Shown: in pieces, positions 27,502 through 35,543 of the stretch
Layout: the number at the start of each line of letters is the position of its first letter
Position numbering within the stretch: position 1 is the first letter of the stretch
Source of the DNA: Methanoregulaceae archaeon
GTDB taxonomy: Archaea; Halobacteriota; Methanomicrobia; Methanomicrobiales; Methanospirillaceae
Direction: 5' to 3'
DNA length: 64,000 nucleotides
Assembly: GCA_050178135.1 (NCBI GenBank)
Contig: JBFXGJ010000002.1
Location: forward strand, 14,407 to 78,406
Position numbers and translations under genes: made by a program
Notes under the pieces: generated by a model
Databases searched by the model: none
The model's input: only the letters and a program-made list of their open reading frames with translations
Told to the model about the DNA's origin: nothing

Positions 27502-30500
27502 ATGATGAGACAGACTCGACTTCTGCTGCTCCTGCTCATGGTGCTGCTCGTGGCCGCTCCGGCTGCCGCGCAGACGACGCAGGTGACAGTGATCCGCTAC
27601 GAAGGCGACGGCACGACCGTCGCTGACCAGGTGACACACGACGTCGCCTGGATGGAGAGCAACCTCCCGGTCTTCGGGGACGGAACAACACCATACCTCT
27701 TCCAGGGGCCCATTGTTGAGTCATCGGCCGATGACCCGGAGAAGTGGAACCCGGCCGAAGACAACAACCTCGGGAAGGTGAACGAGACGATCAAGGGCTC
27801 CTACCTCAAGGACCTCTGCAACCTGGTCGGCGGCATGCAGCCCGGCGGCGAGTTGAAGATCAGCGCGAGCGACGGGTTCGCGGTGCGTCTCGGGTACGAC
27901 AACGTGATGACGCCGCTGCCCCGGCAGGGCGCGCCCGTGATCGCCTGGTGGACGGCCCGCGAGGGGTACGGGTACCAGGAGGGGATGCGCCTCTTCTTCG
28001 ACAGCGACACCTCGGTGAACCCGTACGGCATGCACGTCTTCGGTCACCAGGACATGAAGGAGACGATGGACGAGAAGTACTGGGGCTGGTACGGCGGTAA
28101 GGGCAACCTCCCGTCCGCAGCCCAGCTCTCCAACAAGTTCGTCTCCAAGATCGAGATCTACCCGGCACCCGCGTCCGACTGGACGCTCCTCTTGAACGGC
28201 TCGATCAAGCGGGACATCACGAAGTCCTACTTCGAGCAGGGTCTCTCATGGTCCGGGCACCGCGCCCAGTACACCGACTCGGACGGAAATCTCTGGGAGG
28301 GCATGCCCCTCTGGCGGCTCGTCGGGTACGTCGATGACGACAACGAGCACGGGCAGGTCGCCTTCAACCGCACGCTCCTGGAGCAGGGTTATACGATCAC
28401 GGTGATCGCGCCGGACTACCAGAAGTCCTTCACGAGTGGCGAAGTGGCGTTCAACTCCAACTACATCGTCGCAAACACCATGAACGGTGCGCCGCTGCCT
28501 GCGCAGGTCAACGGCAAGAACGTCTGGCCGCTCAAGCTCGTCGGCGTCAACGCCACCGGCGGCAAGTCGGTCGGCAACATCTCCGAGATCCGCCTTGACG
28601 GCGTGCCGATCACGGTCCCGACCGTCACCCCAACGCGCACCGTCACTCCCTCCCCCACGACCACCGTCACGCCGGCACCCACCTGGACCATCAAGCTCTC
28701 CGGGTACACCGACTTCACGGTGACCAGCCAGTACTGGGACCAGGCGATGTCCTGCGGCGGGCACACCGGCATCTACCGTGATGCGACCGGCGAGTGGATG
28801 GGATTGCCCCTCTGGCGGCTCGTCGGGCTCGTCGATGACCAGCTCGGCCACGAGGTGCTGATCGGCGCGTACAACCAGACCCTCGCGGAGATGGGCTACA
28901 CGGTCCGCGTCATCGCCGGCGACAACTACAACAGGACCTTCACGAGCCAGGAGATCATCCGCTCGGACAACTACCTGCTCGCCTCGCGCCTGAACGGCAC
29001 CGCCCTCCCGGTCCAGATCAACGGCAAGAACGTCTGGCCGGTCAAACTCGTCGGGGCGAACGCCACCGGCGGAAAGTCGATCGGCAACGTGGTCGAGATT
29101 CGGCTCGAGGGCCTCCCGTCGGCGCCGACAACGCCCACGCCAACGCCAACCGTCCCAAGCGGTGAGACAGACATGCTCTTCGATGGCACCGTCTCGCTCC
29201 AGCCCGGCACCTTCCCGTGCACGGCGTACAACTCGGGCGAGGTCCGGCAGGTGCAGAACCTCACCCCGAACGGGGCACTCGAGCTCGCATCGAAGGCTGC
29301 CGGCTTCACCTACAAGGCGACCGACAAGAAGTGGGAGACGATGGGCACGCTCCTCCTCGACGGAGCGGGCAACTACGACTACAACCGGACCACGCAGATG
29401 GTCTGGGCCTACCGGGTGAACGGTGAGAAGAAGAACGACTTCTCATCGACCGAGGGCATGTCGGTCTACCGGCTCAACAACAACGACCTGGTCGAGTTCT
29501 ACTACGGGCTCGACGGCGCTGCCTTCGAGGACGCCACCGCGGTGATCCGTGCTCGGGTCCAGATCCCGCAGCAGACCGTCATCTTCGATGGTGACCTGAC
29601 GCTCGTGGACGGGACCTTCGATGCCTATGCCTACAACTCCGGCACGACCCGCCAGGTCAACAACCTCACGGTCCACGGAGCGCTCGACGCCGCATCGAAG
29701 AAGGTGCCGTTCACCTACAACGCGACCGACAAGCGCTGGGAGTACATCAACTCCTACCTGCTCGACGGGATCGCGGACTTCAACTACGACAAGACCCAGA
29801 ACCTCGGGTGGGCCTACGCCGTGAACGGTGTCGTGATGAACGACAACTCGGTCGACACGGGGATGAGCAACCTCGAGGTCAAGAACGGCGACCGGATCGA
29901 GTTCTTCTACGGGACCCGCGGCGGTTCGCTCCAGTCCGCCAGCGCGGTGGTCCGGATCCGGGTCTTCGTCGCGTCTTCCGGCGACTACTCGATCGAACTG
30001 AAGGGTGCGCGGACGCTCATCTTCACCAAGTCCGACATCGAACAGGCGAAGTCTGCCGGGAACGCGGTCTCCTACTCGGACGTCTCTGGCGAGTGGCAGG
30101 GCCTGCCCCTGTGGTACCTCGTCGGCCTCGTCGCTGAAGTCCCGGCCGGTTCGTCCAACCTCAACGACGCGCTCGCCCAGGCGGGCTACCAGGTCCGGGT
30201 CACCTCCGTCGATGGGTACAACGTGACCCTGGAGTCGAGCGAGATCGCCGGGAGCTCCGGCTTCATCATCGCCGACCTCCTGAACGGTGCACCGCTCGCC
30301 GAGACGATGTGGCCACTCCGGCTCGTCGGTTCCTCGGTCCCACCGCATCGCTCGGTAGCCAAGGTCGCGACGATCGAACTGATCGGCCTTCCGAGCGGCG
30401 GCGATGCCGTCGTGAACTTCACGGTTGACCGGACGACCGGCCCAGCCCCGCTCGTGGTCCGGTTTACCGACCACTCCTCCAACGTCACAACCCGGGTCTG

Positions 30501-31491
30501 GACCTTCGGTGATGGCTCGTATTCCTCGTCGCTGAACCCGCTTCACATCTATCGAACCCCGGGCACCTACACTGCTTCACTCAGGGCAGATGGGCCGAAC
30601 GGCGGGGGCATCGTGTACCAGGAGATCCTGGTCCTGCCGCCAGCGACCCCCACTCAGACGGTCACCCCGAACACGACCGTGACGGTCGAGCCGACGGCGA
30701 CGATTACACCCGAGCCCACGGTGACGATCATCCCCGGCGGTCGACTGCCGTACACCCCACACACTCTGCCCGGACGGGTCGAGGCTGAGGACTACGACCT
30801 CGGCGGCGCGGGCGTCGCCTACCAGGACACCACGCCGGGCAACACCGGTGGTGCGTACCGCCAGGACGACGTCGACATCGAGCAGAACCCCTGGGAGCAG
30901 ACCCCGAACGTCGGCTGGATCCGGAACGGCGAGTGGCTCGCCTACACGGTCCAGGTCGGTGACGGCGGCATCAACAGCATGACCGCCCGCGTCTCGAGCC
31001 CCGGGGACGGCCGTACCATCCGCGTCGTCGTCGACGGCGCCGAGGCAGCAACGGTCCAGGTTCCGAATACCGGTGACTTCTCACGGTTCACGACGGTCTC
31101 CGTGCCGCTCACGATCGCAGCAGGTTCCCATGACCTCCGCCTCCAGTTCTCCGGCGACGGTCAGAACCTGAACTGGGTCGAGTTCTCCTCGGGCACGGTC
31201 ACGGTGCCGACCACCCCGGTACAGCAGGGGGCGACCTTCACCGTCGCGCCGAACCCGGTGGCGAAGTCGGCCGCGATCAAGTTCACCCTGGTCCCGGCGG
31301 CCGGCAAGACCGTCCGTTCGGCCTGGTGGACCTTTGATAAGGTCGGCCACTACGGCACCTGGAACTCGCGGGCAATCAGCCCGACGTTCTTCTACCCCAG
31401 GGCCGGCACCTACACCCCGCTCGTGAAGATCACCTACACGGACGGTTCGACCGAGACCGTTGAACGGGTGAACCTCGTCACGGTCAGGTAG
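27502..31491 (+). CDS. 1329-aa secreted mosaic surface protein: N-module, 3 SUOX-fold-like modules, 2 DUF4430-like, PKD, CBM6-like and a C-terminal Ig-like domain
   Basis: Signal peptide MMRQTRLLLLLLMVLLVAAPAAAQ and the same N-module as neighbouring genes. PKD block VNFTVDRTTGPAPLVVRFTDHS...WTFGDGSYS...NPLHIYRTPGTYTASL. CBM6 block GRVEAEDYDLGG...NLNWVEF. Many N-x-S/T sequons. Confidence 0.85.
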   Translation: MMRQTRLLLLLLMVLLVAAPAAAQTTQVTVIRYEGDGTTVADQVTHDVAWMESNLPVFGDGTTPYLFQGPIVESSADDPEKWNPAEDNNLGKVNETIKGSYLKDLCNLVGGMQPGGELKISASDGFAVRLGYDNVMTPLPRQGAPVIAWWTAREGYGYQEGMRLFFDSDTSVNPYGMHVFGHQDMKETMDEKYWGWYGGKGNLPSAAQLSNKFVSKIEIYPAPASDWTLLLNGSIKRDITKSYFEQGLSWSGHRAQYTDSDGNLWEGMPLWRLVGYVDDDNEHGQVAFNRTLLEQGYTITVIAPDYQKSFTSGEVAFNSNYIVANTMNGAPLPAQVNGKNVWPLKLVGVNATGGKSVGNISEIRLDGVPITVPTVTPTRTVTPSPTTTVTPAPTWTIKLSGYTDFTVTSQYWDQAMSCGGHTGIYRDATGEWMGLPLWRLVGLVDDQLGHEVLIGAYNQTLAEMGYTVRVIAGDNYNRTFTSQEIIRSDNYLLASRLNGTALPVQINGKNVWPVKLVGANATGGKSIGNVVEIRLEGLPSAPTTPTPTPTVPSGETDMLFDGTVSLQPGTFPCTAYNSGEVRQVQNLTPNGALELASKAAGFTYKATDKKWETMGTLLLDGAGNYDYNRTTQMVWAYRVNGEKKNDFSSTEGMSVYRLNNNDLVEFYYGLDGAAFEDATAVIRARVQIPQQTVIFDGDLTLVDGTFDAYAYNSGTTRQVNNLTVHGALDAASKKVPFTYNATDKRWEYINSYLLDGIADFNYDKTQNLGWAYAVNGVVMNDNSVDTGMSNLEVKNGDRIEFFYGTRGGSLQSASAVVRIRVFVASSGDYSIELKGARTLIFTKSDIEQAKSAGNAVSYSDVSGEWQGLPLWYLVGLVAEVPAGSSNLNDALAQAGYQVRVTSVDGYNVTLESSEIAGSSGFIIADLLNGAPLAETMWPLRLVGSSVPPHRSVAKVATIELIGLPSGGDAVVNFTVDRTTGPAPLVVRFTDHSSNVTTRVWTFGDGSYSSSLNPLHIYRTPGTYTASLRADGPNGGGIVYQEILVLPPATPTQTVTPNTTVTVEPTATITPEPTVTIIPGGRLPYTPHTLPGRVEAEDYDLGGAGVAYQDTTPGNTGGAYRQDDVDIEQNPWEQTPNVGWIRNGEWLAYTVQVGDGGINSMTARVSSPGDGRTIRVVVDGAEAATVQVPNTGDFSRFTTVSVPLTIAAGSHDLRLQFSGDGQNLNWVEFSSGTVTVPTTPVQQGATFTVAPNPVAKSAAIKFTLVPAAGKTVRSAWWTFDKVGHYGTWNSRAISPTFFYPRAGTYTPLVKITYTDGSTETVERVNLVTVR
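28177..30393 (+). repeat. three copies of a ~145-aa SUOX-fold-like module inside the 1329-aa gene (28177-28608, 28681-29118, 29964-30393)
   Basis: Shared strings W(E/M/Q)G(M/L)PLW(R/Y)LVG, NG(A/T)(P/A)LP...NGKNVWP(L/V)KLVG(V/A)NATGGKS(V/I)GN...EIRL. Copies 1 and 2 keep long near-identical DNA runs 510 nt apart (from 28510 and 29020). Confidence 0.8.
29167..29963 (+). repeat. tandem pair of ~130-aa DUF4430-like modules
   Basis: Both copies carry ...YNSG..RQV.NLT..GAL..ASK...FTY.ATDK.WE....LLDG...(Y/F)NYD.T....WAY.VNG......S...GMS...... D..EF(Y/F)YG. Confidence 0.6.
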
Positions 31492-31501
31492 AGAGGAGGC
31501 G

Positions 31502-33091
31502 ATGGTGCCTCATACCCCCTTTTTATCCGAGGCGTTCCGGTGCGCAGGACTGGTCTTCTGCCTCTGTCTTCTCGTCGGCGGCGCCTGGGCGGTCACCACC
31601 GAGGTCCACGTGGTGAAGCTCGCGGCCGACGGGAAGACCGTGATCGCAGAAAGGACGGTCGACTACCGCTGGCTCGAGTCGAACCTGCAGGTCCGCGGCG
31701 ATGGTTCGACCCACTACTATCACCAGGGACCGACCTTTGACGATGCGGATCTCTGGGACCCGACCGAGAGCAAGAACGTCCAGGACAAGGATATGGGCGC
31801 CGTCAAGGGGACGGCTGTCCGCGATCTTTGCAGCCTCGTCGGGGGGATGCAGTCAGGGGACACGCTCGTTGTCCGCTCAGGGGACGGCTTCTCGAAGAAG
31901 TTTTCATACGGGACGGTCTACTCGCCATCGGCCCGGCAGGGGCCGATGGTTTTGACCTGGTACCGGGCTGACGAGGGGTACGTCCCGTCCTACTCTACGG
32001 GCATGCGGATCGTCTTCTATGCCGATACCTCCACGAACCCGTTCGGTCTCCATGTCTTCGGCAACAGTGACATGAAGGCGTCGATGCCCCAGAACGAGTG
32101 GCACTTCTTCAACGGCGTCTACCCGACAACCACCGGCCTCTCGGTCCAGTCGGTGAGCGAGATCCGGATCCTCTCGACCCTCCCCGCATCGACCACTGCA
32201 CCCTCGACCACCCGTCCGACCGTCACTCCCTCTCCAACCCCGAAGGCGACGCCAACAACCACCCAGGTTCAACCCGGTACCGGGACCAGGACCCCGGTAC
32301 CGTCGGCCTCACCGTCCCCGTCGGGGACTGGGCCGCAGACAACCGGCACAACGGCACCGATCATCCCGAAAACGACTGTTCCAATCTCGACCGTCTCCCC
32401 CGGCGGGGTAGGAACGACCCCCGCCGCGACGACGGTCATAACGACCGTTCCCTCCTCGGGCGGGAGCGACATCGAACCCACCCGGTCTCCTGGTGCGACC
32501 ACGAGCACTCCCTCCGGCACGTCCTCGACGACGACGGCCCCTTCCCCCGGGATGACGACCGTGCCACCCGTCTCCACCGGGCCGTCGGTCACGACCCCGA
32601 ACTTCACCCCCGGCAGTACCGGGAACATCACCCCCGAGCCATCGACCCTGCCGCCGGCGACGAGCCCGACAACATACTCGAGTTCGACGGACTGGTCGTA
32701 CTCGGGGAGCGTCGACTACACGACCAGCGCGAGCGGTGACGTGACCACCGTCACCACGACAGCGACGCCGACTCCCGAGCCGACACCCACCACCGCTGAA
32801 CCGGTGGTCACCACCACGCCTGCCTATCCCGCGGCGACCCCGATCACCGCCGGCGTCCTCGTGCCGGCCCCCACCGCCGCCGAGGCGCTGGTCGACCGGT
32901 CGTACAACCGCACGAAGACCCGGTCTCTCGGATTCACCTTCTCGTTCACTGTTCACGAGAGTGGCGACGGGACCTCATTCATCGAGCCCCGCGCCCCGCG
33001 CGCCGCGGTGATCTCGCCATACTCTCCCCTCGGGGCGTTCTGGGCCGCGATCAAGATGATCGGTTCCATTATCGACCCCTTCTTCATTTGA
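31502..33091 (+). CDS. secreted protein: shared N-module plus ~240-aa Thr/Pro/Ser-rich stalk
   Basis: Hydrophobic N-terminal signal. N-module motifs NLQVRGDGSTHY, DLCSLVGGMQSGD, GMRIVFYADTSTNP, HVFGNSDM. Low-complexity T/P/S region at 32171-32890. Confidence 0.8.
   Translation: MVPHTPFLSEAFRCAGLVFCLCLLVGGAWAVTTEVHVVKLAADGKTVIAERTVDYRWLESNLQVRGDGSTHYYHQGPTFDDADLWDPTESKNVQDKDMGAVKGTAVRDLCSLVGGMQSGDTLVVRSGDGFSKKFSYGTVYSPSARQGPMVLTWYRADEGYVPSYSTGMRIVFYADTSTNPFGLHVFGNSDMKASMPQNEWHFFNGVYPTTTGLSVQSVSEIRILSTLPASTTAPSTTRPTVTPSPTPKATPTTTQVQPGTGTRTPVPSASPSPSGTGPQTTGTTAPIIPKTTVPISTVSPGGVGTTPAATTVITTVPSSGGSDIEPTRSPGATTSTPSGTSSTTTAPSPGMTTVPPVSTGPSVTTPNFTPGSTGNITPEPSTLPPATSPTTYSSSTDWSYSGSVDYTTSASGDVTTVTTTATPTPEPTPTTAEPVVTTTPAYPAATPITAGVLVPAPTAAEALVDRSYNRTKTRSLGFTFSFTVHESGDGTSFIEPRAPRAAVISPYSPLGAFWAAIKMIGSIIDPFFI
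32171..32890 (+). repeat. low-complexity Thr/Pro/Ser-rich coding region (~240 aa)
   Basis: The translation is dominated by T, P, S and G (for example TTAPSTTRPTVTPSPTPKATPTTTQVQPGTGTRTPVPSASPSPSGTGPQTTGTT). Confidence 0.85.
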
Positions 33092-33092
33092 G

Positions 33093-33953
33093 GTGATTTT
33101 CCTGAACATCCGATCCAGACTCCACCCGGTGGCTCTTATCGTAGCCGCCCTCATCGGCCTCCTCGTGCTGGCCCCAATCCCGGCGCTCGCCGAGCCGACC
33201 ACGTCGCTCCTGATCTCCGAGATCGGCCCCGACGGTACCGTCCTGAACTCGACCACGGTCGATTACCGCTGGCTCGAGGTGAACCTCCCCGTCATGGGTG
33301 ACGGGGTGACCCACTACTACCACCAGGGCCCTGCGTTCGAGGGCGACAAGTGGGACCCGAACGAGACCGTCAACCTAAAAGACCGCGGCGCCGTCAAGGG
33401 GACGGATGTTGCGGACCTCTGCGGGCTCGTCGGCGGGCTCGAACCCGGCGACGAGGCGATGGTCGCATCGGCCGACGGCTACAACGTGGTCTACGGGTAC
33501 GACACGATCGTCAACCCGCCGTCCCGCCAGGGCCCGCTAGTGGTCGCCTGGTACAACGGTGTCGACGCAGCGGAGGGTGAGAAGCAGGGGACCGGGTACC
33601 CGCCGGACTTCTACACGGGCATGCGCCTGGTCTTCTTCGCCGACACCTCGACGAACGCGGACGGACTCCACGTGTTTGGAAACAGCGACATGCGTGAAAC
33701 TCTCCCGGAGAACGCTCAGTACTTCTACAACGACCTCCTCCCCTCGACGAGCGGGATCTCGGTGAAGTGGGTCTCGGAGGTGAGGGTCTATCGCGGCGGG
33801 TTCCAGGGTGACCGGCACGCGCCGGTGAAGTCGCTCACCAACGGCACCTCAGCTAGCGACGAGACGCCGACACCGGCGACGACACAGGCGGCGGGCCTTC
33901 TCCCGGTGGTCCTTCTCGGGATCGGGGGCGCCATGCTGCTCCGGAGGCGTTGA
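33093..33953 (+). CDS. secreted protein: shared N-module plus C-terminal TM anchor ending RRR
   Basis: GTG start 1 nt after the previous stop. Signal ...LIGLLVLAPIPALAEP. Motifs NLPVMGDGVTHY, DLCGLVGGLEPGDE, GMRLVFFADTSTNA, HVFGNSDM. C-terminus TPTPATTQAAGLLPVVLLGIGGAMLLRRR. Confidence 0.8.
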   Translation: MIFLNIRSRLHPVALIVAALIGLLVLAPIPALAEPTTSLLISEIGPDGTVLNSTTVDYRWLEVNLPVMGDGVTHYYHQGPAFEGDKWDPNETVNLKDRGAVKGTDVADLCGLVGGLEPGDEAMVASADGYNVVYGYDTIVNPPSRQGPLVVAWYNGVDAAEGEKQGTGYPPDFYTGMRLVFFADTSTNADGLHVFGNSDMRETLPENAQYFYNDLLPSTSGISVKWVSEVRVYRGGFQGDRHAPVKSLTNGTSASDETPTPATTQAAGLLPVVLLGIGGAMLLRRR

Positions 33954-33954
33954 G

Positions 33955-34515
33955 GTGAGGCGGGCCCTCCTTCTCCTCGCCTGTGCCGCCGTCGCCCTCC
34001 TCGTTGCCGGTTGCACCACCCCCCCGCAATCTCCGGCATCCGCCCCCACGCCGAACGCGACTCTCGTCCTGAACGGGTCGACGAGCGTCACCCTCTCCTA
34101 CGAGGACGTGCTTGCTCTACCGTCCGTGAGCGGCGTCGGCGGTGCCGTCTCGACGACCGGGATCCGGTACGGACCGTTCCAGATCAAGGGAGTCTCTCTG
34201 CGGACGCTCGCCGAACAGGTCGGTGGGATCGGCCCGAACCAGACGCTCCGCGTGCATGCACCCGACGGGTATATGTGGGTGCTTGGCGCGGACCAGATTG
34301 ACGGAGAGGGCTTCATCGTCTTCACGCCTGAGTTGAAGGAGATCGACCCGCCTCCGGCGGTCATCCCGGTCCTGATGTACGAACAGAACGGGACGGCGCT
34401 CTCCGAAGAGCTGGGTGGACCGTTCCGGATCGCGGTGCTGAACCAGAAAGGGACGCCCGTGATCACCGAGGGGTCCGGATGGGTCAAGTGGGTGGACCGG
34501 ATCGAGGTCAGGTAA
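33955..34515 (+). CDS. lipoprotein consisting of a single SUOX-fold-like (molybdopterin-binding-domain-like) module
   Basis: GTG start 1 nt after the previous stop. Signal with RR and lipobox (MRRALLLLACAAVALLVAGC). Pattern KGVSLRTLAEQVGG...HAPDGYMW...YEQNGTALSEELGGPFRIAVL...GWVKWVDRIEV. No Cys after the lipobox. Confidence 0.75.
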   Translation: MRRALLLLACAAVALLVAGCTTPPQSPASAPTPNATLVLNGSTSVTLSYEDVLALPSVSGVGGAVSTTGIRYGPFQIKGVSLRTLAEQVGGIGPNQTLRVHAPDGYMWVLGADQIDGEGFIVFTPELKEIDPPPAVIPVLMYEQNGTALSEELGGPFRIAVLNQKGTPVITEGSGWVKWVDRIEVR

Positions 34516-35513
34516 GACGGCACCTCCCCGGTGCCGTTATCCTCCTCCTCCTCCTCCTTCTCCTGTTCGCGGCTGGGTGCACGACGGCACCGTCCGCACG
34601 GGTGCCCGTCACCTGCATGGTCGCCGGCTCGCTCGTGGACCCCCTCGCCGGGTTCGAGGCGGAGTACGAGGAGAGCCATCCCGGCATCGACGTTCGGTTC
34701 GAGGGGCACGGGTCGATCCAGGCGATCCGGCAGGTGACTGACCTCCACCGCCCCGTCGACCTCGTCGCCGTCGCGGACGCATCGCTCATCCCGGACCTGA
34801 TGAACGACTCTACGCGGGAGTATACGACCTTCGGCACCACCGAGGTGGTGGTCGCGTTCACGAACCAGAGTCGCTATGCCGATGAGATCGACGGGTCCAA
34901 CTGGGCGCGCGTCCTCGCACGCCCGGATGTTCGGGTCGGGTTCGCGAACCCGATGCTCGATGCGGCTGGGTACCGGGCGATGCTGGTGCTCCTCCTCCAG
35001 GAGCAGCAGGGTGGAGAGAAGACTTTCGGCCCGGTGCTCGGGGACCATCTCTCGCCGCCAATGGCACCGACAACCGGTCCGTCGGGCCTCGAGGTGCGCC
35101 TCCCGGAGATCGTCCGGCCTGCTGCAGGGGGCAAGGTTGCGATACGGGACGGGTCGGTCTTCCTCCTCTCGCTCCTGGAAGCCGGAGGGATCGACTACGC
35201 CTTCGAGTACCGATCGGTCGCAGAGGGGCGGAACCTCCGCTACGTCACCCTCCCCGACTCGGTGAACCTGGGCTCTGCGTTCCGGGCTGACACGTACCGG
35301 CACGCGACTGTCCATCTCGGGTTCCAGCGGTTCACGACGATCGGGACCGAGCGTGTCGGGGTCCCCATCGAGTACGCAGTGACTGTTCCCGATGACGCCG
35401 TCCACTCGGCTGAAGCGCGAGAACTCGCCAAGGCCCTTATTCGCGCGACCGGGGAGGACCGAGTCGGCTGGCCGAAGCCGCTCGAGCCGGAGACCATCAT
35501 GCTCGGGGACTGA
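34479..35513 (+). CDS. wtpA: tungstate/molybdate-binding protein WtpA (lipoprotein)
   Basis: Lipobox LLLFAAGC. WtpA-type blocks MVAGSLVDPLAGFEAEYEESHPGIDVRFEGHGSIQAIRQVTDLHRPVDLVAVADASLIPDLM and VRVGFANPMLDAAGYRAMLVL. The start region overlaps the preceding gene. Confidence 0.8.
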   Translation: MGQVGGPDRGQVRRHLPGAVILLLLLLLLFAAGCTTAPSARVPVTCMVAGSLVDPLAGFEAEYEESHPGIDVRFEGHGSIQAIRQVTDLHRPVDLVAVADASLIPDLMNDSTREYTTFGTTEVVVAFTNQSRYADEIDGSNWARVLARPDVRVGFANPMLDAAGYRAMLVLLLQEQQGGEKTFGPVLGDHLSPPMAPTTGPSGLEVRLPEIVRPAAGGKVAIRDGSVFLLSLLEAGGIDYAFEYRSVAEGRNLRYVTLPDSVNLGSAFRADTYRHATVHLGFQRFTTIGTERVGVPIEYAVTVPDDAVHSAEARELAKALIRATGEDRVGWPKPLEPETIMLGD

Positions 35514-35543
35514 ACCCCACCGCTCCCGCGTGCAGGGCCGGGC

